Origin: an uncultured bacterium
GTDB taxonomy: Bacteria > Bacillota > Clostridia > Lachnospirales > Lachnospiraceae
Assembly: GCA_947565325.1 (NCBI GenBank)
Contig: CANOFQ010000001.1
Coordinates: 1 to 45,346 of the forward strand
DNA: 45,346 nucleotides
Direction of reading: 5' to 3'
Of the stretch, positions 39,683 through 45,346 are shown one piece after another; position 1 is the stretch's first letter, and every line of letters starts with the position of its first letter. A model generated the notes under the pieces. It was not told the origin of the DNA. It saw nothing but the letters and a program-made list of their open reading frames with translations, and did not search any database. A program made the position numbers and the translations under genes.

Positions 39683-39928
39683 GCCCTATCCGCAAGCGGC
39701 CAAGGTTCCTTTGGGAAACGGCCGCTTTGGGGATGGGCCAAGGTTCCTCCGGGAGATAGCTGCTCCGGGGATGGGCCAAGGTTCCTCCGGGAGATAGCCG
39801 CTCCGGGGATAGGCCAAGGTTCCTCCGGGAGATAACTGCTCCGGGGATGGGCCAAGGTTCCTCCGGAAGATAGCTGCTCCGGAGATGGGCCAAGGTTCCT
39901 CTAGGAGATAGCCGCTTTGGGGATAGGC
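39683..39928. repeat. Tandem array, 6 x 38 bp with no spacers, bracketed by an imperfect inverted copy at the left end
   Basis: Consensus ggccaaggttcctccgggagatagctgctccggggatg; units at 39698, 39736, 39774, 39812, 39850 and 39888. Left flank cctatccgcaagcggc is complementary to the unit end gccgctttggggatagg. Confidence 0.96.
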
Positions 39929-39942
39929 TCGCAGCAGGTTCC

Positions 39943-40590
39943 CTATATTCCCTCGGACAGCATACGGTCATAAGCTTCCCAAGAGATAAAACGGCCGCCC
40001 ATGCTCTCCAGATGCTGGGTATGGAACTGACAGTCGATAAACAGAAAATGTTTTTCCGACAGCATCCGGGCAAGAGCGATCAGGGCGGCCTTGGAGCCGT
40101 TTTCCCGCTCCGAGAACATGCTCTCGCCGAAAAAGCATCTGCCTATGGAAACTCCGTAAAGCCCCCCTGCCAGCTTCCCGTCTTCAAAGGTGTCCAGACT
40201 CAGGGCATAGCCCTCCCGGTGGAGGCGCAGATAGGCCGCCTCCATTTCATCGGAAATCCATGTCCCCTCGGCAGATTCCCGCTTCATGCGGCAGCGGTGC
40301 ATGGTGTCCGCAAAATCCCGGTTCAGAACCACTCTCAGCTCATGCTTTCCCGCATATTTCCTCATAGAACGGGAGATATGTATCTCATTGGGAAAAATGA
40401 CAAACCGTTCCCTCGGGCACCACCATAGGATTTCCTCTCCCGGTTCATACCACGGGAAGATTCCATGGGTGTATGCCAACAGAAGACGCTCCACACTTAA
40501 ATCTCCTCCCATCGCCAATAGGCCGTCCCTGCGGGCCAGGGTCGGGTGTGGAAACGAAATTTCGTTTTTATTCAGGAAATATACCGGCAT
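39943..40590 (-). CDS. aat: Leucyl/phenylalanyl-tRNA--protein transferase
   Basis: GLLAMGGDLSVERLLLAYTHGIFPW, LWWCP, GTWI, LAGGLYGV, FFGESMFS, SKAAL, IDCQ, HLESMG. Start moved to ATG 40590. Confidence 0.95.
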   Translation of the reverse strand: MPVYFLNKNEISFPHPTLARRDGLLAMGGDLSVERLLLAYTHGIFPWYEPGEEILWWCPRERFVIFPNEIHISRSMRKYAGKHELRVVLNRDFADTMHRCRMKRESAEGTWISDEMEAAYLRLHREGYALSLDTFEDGKLAGGLYGVSIGRCFFGESMFSERENGSKAALIALARMLSEKHFLFIDCQFHTQHLESMGGRFISWEAYDRMLSEGI

Positions 40591-41011
40591 ATAAAGCCCC
40601 CTCCAGTCCAACAATCTCTCTGAGAGGAATTTTCGTCCCGTCTTCCATGACCAGACTCCTCTCGTAGCCGTCTATTTTTCTGATCCGCCCCGTGACGGTG
40701 ACATAGGCTCCCCCGGCCTTTCTGGCATCCGGTCGGAAATAGGTGACGGAGATCTCCGGGCGCTGATCACTCCTCTCCTGCAGCAGCTGCAGCTTCTCGT
40801 CAAGAAGGCTGTACTCGTCCTCCTCCAGCTCCGCTCTCTCCTCCGTTCGCCTGCCCGTCTCGTCAATGGCCTCCCCGTAACCCGTAAGCGCCGCAAAGGG
40901 CATGAACTGGGCCGCCCGATCCGCCACCAGCATGGCCGGATGAACGGGGGACGTTGGATGCGGCAAATCTATTATGTCATCATAATTATGTGTCTGGCTT
41001 TCCTTTTCCAT
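40568..41011 (-). CDS. YolD-like protein (accessory of the Y-family polymerase cassette)
   Basis: YDDIIDLPHP, RAAQFMPFAALTGY, VTYF, GGAY, KID; immediately downstream of a Y-family polymerase. Confidence 0.85.
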   Translation of the reverse strand: MEKESQTHNYDDIIDLPHPTSPVHPAMLVADRAAQFMPFAALTGYGEAIDETGRRTEERAELEEDEYSLLDEKLQLLQERSDQRPEISVTYFRPDARKAGGAYVTVTGRIRKIDGYERSLVMEDGTKIPLREIVGLEGALYAGIFPE

Positions 41012-41104
41012 ACAGTCTCACTTCCATACGCCTTCTATTTTCTGTGGCTTCCTTCTACAAGCCCTAGCTGCCTATAAGTCTTGTTTTTGCGCCCTCTGTT
41101 TTCT

Positions 41105-42631
41105 CTACGCCTTATGCCCTCCGATCTGAGCGTTGCGCTTTTTCGTCATGGCGCCCTCCTCAAGATTCATCCCCTTCAGCACCGCATTCTTTCCGAACTT
41201 CCTCTTGATGTCCAGCATGGCCTCCTGCAGCTTCCGCTCTCTGGCCAGTGCCGCCTCTTCCTCCTCCCTCTGCCTTTCCAGCACATCATAGTCCGTGAAC
41301 AGATCCATCTGCTCATATACGTATTCCGGGCCGCTGCCCTCCTCCGACACATGGCTTGCCGTCACCGTGACCCTTCGCACCAGAAGGTCCGGATCCACGA
41401 TTCTTTCATATAAATCCGTCATCCGCTCCATGATCCGTCTGGCGGAGGAGGTAGGCCCTCCCAGATTTGCGCTCCCATGGGCCGCCTTGGGCACTTTCCT
41501 ACCGTAGCGATCCGTCTCCACCGCTCCCTTGTACCGCCTGCGGATCTCCGGATCGCTGAGACTCTCCACGTCATAGCCTATGTCCAGCACCAGCTGATCC
41601 GTCACCAGCCTCTTTTCCACCAGCTCCAGCGCCAGCAGATCCGTCATCTCCCGCACGATCAGCCGGGCCTTCTCAAAGCTGTAGGGACTCTGAAGCACCT
41701 GCCCCGAGCTCATGCTGCTGGCATCGGGCTTATAGGCCTTCACATCCGCTATGGTACAGGGCTCCCACCCCCAGGCATGATCGATGAGCAGCTGGGCGTT
41801 GACGCCGAAAAGCCTGTACAGCAGCTCCTCATTGTGGTAGTCCCCCGGCTTCCCCAGAGAGCATCTGGCCACGTCCCCCATGGTGAACAGCCCGTTCTCC
41901 TCCAGCTTTCTGGCATATCCCCTGCCCACCCGCCAAAAGTCCGTGAGCGGCCTATGCCCCCAGAGCAGCCTCCGATATTCCATCTCGTCCAGCCGGGCAA
42001 TCCGCACTCCGTCTTCATCGGCCTCCACATGCTTCGCCACGATATCCATGGCCACCTTGCACAGATAAAGGTTGGTGCCGATTCCCGCCGCAGCCGTGAT
42101 GCCCGTCTCCCGCTGCACCTCCTGAATCATTTTCTTCGCCATCTCACGGGGCGTGAGCCCCAGCGCCTTCAGATAATGGGTCACATCCATGAACACCTCG
42201 TCTATGGAATAGACATGGATGTCCTCCGGCGCCACATATTTCAGATAGATGTCATAGATCCGGGTGCTGTACTCCATGTACAGCGCCATCCGGGGCGGGG
42301 CGGCGATATAGGAGACCTCCAGCCCCGGATCCGCCTCCAGCGCAGTCCCGTCCTCCGATTTCCCGGAAAATCTATGGCCCGGGGCCCTGCCCAGCCGCTG
42401 GGCGTTCATCTCCCTGATGCGCTGCACCACCTGAAACAGCCTGGGACGTCCGGGGATACCGTATTCCTTCATGGCAGGAGACACCGCAAGACATATTGTC
42501 TTCTCCGTGCGGCTCACGTCCGCCACCACCAGATTGGTGGACATGGGATCCAGCCCCCGCTCCACGCACTCCACGGAGGCATAAAATGATTTCAGATCGA
42601 TTGCGATATAGCTGTGTTCTTCCGCCGCCAT
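41105..42631 (-). CDS. Y-family error-prone DNA polymerase (UmuC/ImpB/UvrX-like)
   Basis: YIAIDLKSFYASVEC, ICLAVSP, PPRMALY, YSIDEVFMD, AGIGTNLYLCKVAMD, DFWRVG, IKRKFGKNA, RNAQIGGH. Confidence 0.95.
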   Translation of the reverse strand: MAAEEHSYIAIDLKSFYASVECVERGLDPMSTNLVVADVSRTEKTICLAVSPAMKEYGIPGRPRLFQVVQRIREMNAQRLGRAPGHRFSGKSEDGTALEADPGLEVSYIAAPPRMALYMEYSTRIYDIYLKYVAPEDIHVYSIDEVFMDVTHYLKALGLTPREMAKKMIQEVQRETGITAAAGIGTNLYLCKVAMDIVAKHVEADEDGVRIARLDEMEYRRLLWGHRPLTDFWRVGRGYARKLEENGLFTMGDVARCSLGKPGDYHNEELLYRLFGVNAQLLIDHAWGWEPCTIADVKAYKPDASSMSSGQVLQSPYSFEKARLIVREMTDLLALELVEKRLVTDQLVLDIGYDVESLSDPEIRRRYKGAVETDRYGRKVPKAAHGSANLGGPTSSARRIMERMTDLYERIVDPDLLVRRVTVTASHVSEEGSGPEYVYEQMDLFTDYDVLERQREEEEAALARERKLQEAMLDIKRKFGKNAVLKGMNLEEGAMTKKRNAQIGGHKA

Positions 42632-42766
42632 TCCGATTCCTCACCGCCTTGCTTTTCTTCTCATGTCTCATATTATAACCGCCGTCCTATGGCCTTCATT
42701 CATCATTGCCGCAGAACGGTGCAGCCACTCCTCCCACCCAGATCATTATCCTCCCTCCATGCCAAT

Positions 42767-42795
42767 ATTATATACGAACTTATGTTCTTTTTCAA
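42767..42795 (-). promoter_or_regulatory. sigmaA promoter of the polymerase with a LexA (SOS) box in the spacer
   Basis: Minus strand TTGAAA-17 nt-TATAAT. CGAACttatGTTCT at 42775-42788 matches the Bacillota LexA box GAAC-N4-GTTC. Confidence 0.85.
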
Positions 42796-42849
42796 GGCCC
42801 AATCATAAAAATAGGAGCTGAAAATTTCTGGAAAATCCAAACCGTCTCA

Positions 42850-42879
42850 TTGCACAGCCGGAAAGCCTCATGCTATACT
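42850..42879 (+). promoter_or_regulatory. sigmaA promoter of the alkyltransferase-like gene
   Basis: TTGCAC-18 nt-TATACT with an extended TG; AGGAGGTG RBS at 42887-42894. Confidence 0.65.
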
Positions 42880-42901
42880 TCTGTTCAGGAGGTGTTTCAA
42901 T

Positions 42902-43378
42902 ATGGCAAATGAAGATAAAAAGGATTTTAACGCTATGCTCAGGGACAGCAAGGATATGCCCAGGCTCCAGATCATCACGGACCAGAAAAGCATAGAAAAA
43001 TACGGGGGCAGCCGGATGTACTTCGCACCGCCCATTGATTATGACAGGGTGATGCGCCTCGTGCCTTATGGGAAGCTTCTCACGGTAGGCGCTATCAGGG
43101 AGCATTTCGCAAAGCAGAACGGAGCGGATTTCACGGAGCCCATCACGGCGGGCGTCTTTGTTTCCATTGCCGCATGGGCAAGCTTCCAGAGAACCCATGA
43201 CAAGACCCCTTACTGGCGCACCCTGAAGGCCGGCGGCGAGCTGAACCCCAAATATCCCGGCGGCGTAGAGGCCCAGAAGGAAATGCTGGAAAGGGAGGGT
43301 CACGTCGTCCTCCAAAAAGGAAGGACGAACGTAAAATATTATGTGAAAGACTATGAGAAAAAGCTCTTTGCGCTGTAG
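42902..43378 (+). CDS. MGMT-family / alkyltransferase-like DNA-binding protein lacking the catalytic Cys
   Basis: VPYGKLLT, TPYWRTLKAGGELNPKYPGG, QKEMLEREG. PYWR occupies the position of the PCHR motif. Confidence 0.8.
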   Translation: MANEDKKDFNAMLRDSKDMPRLQIITDQKSIEKYGGSRMYFAPPIDYDRVMRLVPYGKLLTVGAIREHFAKQNGADFTEPITAGVFVSIAAWASFQRTHDKTPYWRTLKAGGELNPKYPGGVEAQKEMLEREGHVVLQKGRTNVKYYVKDYEKKLFAL

Positions 43379-43412
43379 CCAGCGCAGCGGCAGTCCGCCA
43401 GAAAACACCGTG

Positions 43413-44150
43413 TCAGCAGGATGCGCCGATGAATTTTTTGAAGCGCTCCGTATCGGTATTGAGGATCAGCTCCCGGCCGAAGCCCACCTCGTCCAGAAAT
43501 GCGGCAGCGGCCTCGAACCGCCCTACCTTACTGGGGTCATGGGCATCCGAGCTGACAATGACGGGCACCTGATACCGCTGGCACAACACCAGCATTTCCT
43601 TGTAGTTCTTCACGCAGCCCGGTCTTTTCTCCGGCTGACGCAGAGAACTGTTGTTCACCTCCAGCGCCACATGATACTCCTTTGCCGCTGGCACCAGCCG
43701 CTCATACTGGAGCGGAGACTGGTCGCTGTCCGGATGGGACACAAAGAACACGTTTTCATGCTTCATGCAGGAGATGAGATTGTCCGTGTTTTTCTCCGGT
43801 CCCGCATCATGATAGCACCGCAGATGAATGCCTGCGATGATATAATCCAGTCCCTCCAGATACTTCCGGGGAAGGAACAGCGTCCCGTCGTCCAGTACAT
43901 TGGCCTCACAGCCGTGAAGGATCTCCACCCCCGACAGACGGCGGGGCACGTCGGACAGACATCCGAAATAGATGGGATCGCAGGTTCCGGGGATCCCCGG
44001 TCCATGCTCGCTGATGCCCAGCAGCTCCAGCCCCTGCTCCGCCGCTGCGGCCGCCATCTCCCGGATGGTTCCATAGGCATGGCCGCTGGCCAGCGTATGG
44101 GTGTGAATATCCAGCCGAAAATCTCTTCTTTCCTGTTTTTCAATCATCAT
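43413..44150 (-). CDS. PHP-domain phosphatase, YcdX-like
   Basis: DIHTHTLASGHAYGTIREM, ISEHGP, GCEAN, SHPD, LEVNNSS, SSDAH. Confidence 0.9.
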   Translation of the reverse strand: MMIEKQERRDFRLDIHTHTLASGHAYGTIREMAAAAAEQGLELLGISEHGPGIPGTCDPIYFGCLSDVPRRLSGVEILHGCEANVLDDGTLFLPRKYLEGLDYIIAGIHLRCYHDAGPEKNTDNLISCMKHENVFFVSHPDSDQSPLQYERLVPAAKEYHVALEVNNSSLRQPEKRPGCVKNYKEMLVLCQRYQVPVIVSSDAHDPSKVGRFEAAAAFLDEVGFGRELILNTDTERFKKFIGASC

Positions 44151-44217
44151 ATCCGTTTCATCTCCCTTGTTGATTTCAGTTCCCCGGACCGCCTTGCTTT
44201 ACCTCTCTTGAAGATTC

Positions 44218-44246
44218 TTGAAGTTTTTTCTCACATATGCAATAAT
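44218..44246 (+). promoter_or_regulatory. Candidate sigmaA promoter upstream of the leader ORF and GNAT gene
   Basis: TTGAAG-17 nt-AATAAT with an extended TG. Confidence 0.5.
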
Positions 44247-44287
44247 AGACTCGTGTTCTTCAAAAAACAAGAAGGGAGTGATCATTT

Positions 44288-44326
44288 ATGAAAAAAATTC
44301 GTGTGGGGAGGGTCCACGAAATCTGA
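44288..44326 (+). other. 12-codon upstream ORF (MKKIRVGRVHEI): candidate leader peptide or gene stub
   Basis: AAGGGAGTGA RBS 6-7 nt upstream of the ATG; the stop codon lies inside an 8-bp inverted repeat. Confidence 0.45.
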
Positions 44327-44395
44327 CCCTCCAGATCAATTACCTTGCGGCATTTGGCTCATTGCTCGCAGGAATAAAAAACGGAGGATTCGATC

Positions 44396-45334
44396 TTGAT
44401 CAAATTAGTGGATGTAAATGAACAAAACTGGTTGGAAGCTGCCTCGCTCAGTGTCAGGGAGGAGCAGAAAAAATTTCTCGACAGCCCCATCGGCATCGTT
44501 GCAAGGGGCTATGCCTATCGCTCGTGCAATGCCAGAGTCTATGGCATCTCAAATGACGGCCATATCATAGGCGTCGCTCTCGTAAAAGACATGGACGAAC
44601 AGCCGGCCTGCTATGATCTGCAGCAGTTCATGATCGACTGGCGTTTTCAGGCCAAGGGCTATGGCACAGAGGCGCTGCGTCTGCTGCTTGCGCTGCTCGC
44701 CAGGGAGGGCAGATACAGTCAGACGGAGGTATGTGTCCACAAGGATGCAGCGGCGGCGCTCCGGATGTACGAAAAAGTCGGATTCAAGGATACCGGCTAC
44801 ATAGACGAGGCTGTTCCTCACTGCCGCAATCTCATGTATTCCTTCAGTGAAAATTGCGATCCTTGTTCCGACGCAATGCTCTCCGATTTTTCGGATCCGC
44901 TGTTCCGGACAGCTTTCAGGCAATATTTTTCCGAGCTGGGGTATCACATCAGGGACTGGGACGGACTGTTTCAGGAAATGAAGGAGGAGGGCGACAATGC
45001 CGCTTTTATCCGAACTGCCACAGACGGCGGAATCATCGGCTTCATTCAGTTTAAGCCCCTGAAATTTTCCAGCGGTTTTTTTGATGAGACCTATGGCTTC
45101 ATACGGGAATTCTGGATCGCCGGGGAATTCCGGGGCAAGGGACACGGCACCGCACTGATCGGCCTTGCCGAAAAGCATTTCACGGACAATGGGATCTTCA
45201 CCAGTATTCTGACCACGGACACTGCCGCAGGCTTCTATGAAAAACAGGGCTATGTAAGGGCCTTGGGCTGCAAGGCAAAGAATCAGGACGCAGTGTTCGT
45301 GAAACACCTAAATGGAACTTCAGGCAACGTCTAG
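44396..45334 (+). CDS. Tandem GNAT-family N-acetyltransferase (two GNAT domains)
   Basis: FMIDWRFQAKGYG and FWIAGEFRGKGHG acetyl-CoA motifs, ALRMYEKVGF and AGFYEKQGY. TTG start after GGAGG. Confidence 0.92.
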   Translation: MIKLVDVNEQNWLEAASLSVREEQKKFLDSPIGIVARGYAYRSCNARVYGISNDGHIIGVALVKDMDEQPACYDLQQFMIDWRFQAKGYGTEALRLLLALLAREGRYSQTEVCVHKDAAAALRMYEKVGFKDTGYIDEAVPHCRNLMYSFSENCDPCSDAMLSDFSDPLFRTAFRQYFSELGYHIRDWDGLFQEMKEEGDNAAFIRTATDGGIIGFIQFKPLKFSSGFFDETYGFIREFWIAGEFRGKGHGTALIGLAEKHFTDNGIFTSILTTDTAAGFYEKQGYVRALGCKAKNQDAVFVKHLNGTSGNV

Positions 45335-45346
45335 GACTTAAAAGAA

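Noticed and set aside
39698-39925. CRISPR array
   Set aside because: The 38-bp units are contiguous with no unique spacers, and there are no cas genes in the window.
39210-40073. Minus-strand ORFs with repeated peptides (SSYLPEEPWPIP)
   Set aside because: They are translations of the 38-bp array, whose unit is not a multiple of 3, and they overlap two real genes.
41105-42631. DNA methylase or prophage/ICE marker
   Set aside because: The motifs are those of a Y-family polymerase. No integrase, relaxase, phage gene or att pair is visible around the cassette.

Overview
Chromosomal segment of a GC-rich, spore-forming Bacillota genome. Gene content and order are Lachnospiraceae-like (inference). 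Bases 1-30 kb are almost all minus-strand housekeeping genes: the dcw cluster (mraZ-rsmH-ftsL-pbp-spoVD-mraY-murD-ftsW-murA-ftsQ, cut at the window edge), ychF-lgt, the priA-def-fmt-yugP-rsmB-rlmN-stp-prkC-rsgA block, murE, a HExxH peptidase-like gene and ddh. Bases 30-45 kb are accessory: a GH35 glycosidase plus a DUF3237-like gene, an Fe-S flavoprotein, an OmpR-type two-component system with a membrane-anchored partner and a large orphan solute-binding lipoprotein, a LexA-box-controlled Y-family polymerase/yolD cassette that runs into an L/F-tRNA-protein transferase (aat), a Cys-less alkyltransferase-like gene, a PHP phosphatase and a tandem GNAT. I found no rRNA, tRNA, CRISPR array, transposase or integrase. 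The strongest unexplained signals are: (i) many unrelated short tandem-repeat arrays filling normally tight operon spacers and one essential protein, two of them with an inverted copy at one end; (ii) the SOS polymerase-yolD-aat operon; (iii) a near-consensus NrdR box upstream of the dcw operon; (iv) a leader peptide and hairpin in front of the GNAT gene; (v) a hairpin insert flanked by 27-bp direct repeats between priA and def. Several starts were shortened from the ORF track using RBS position. All family calls come from recognising motifs by eye, not from database searches.
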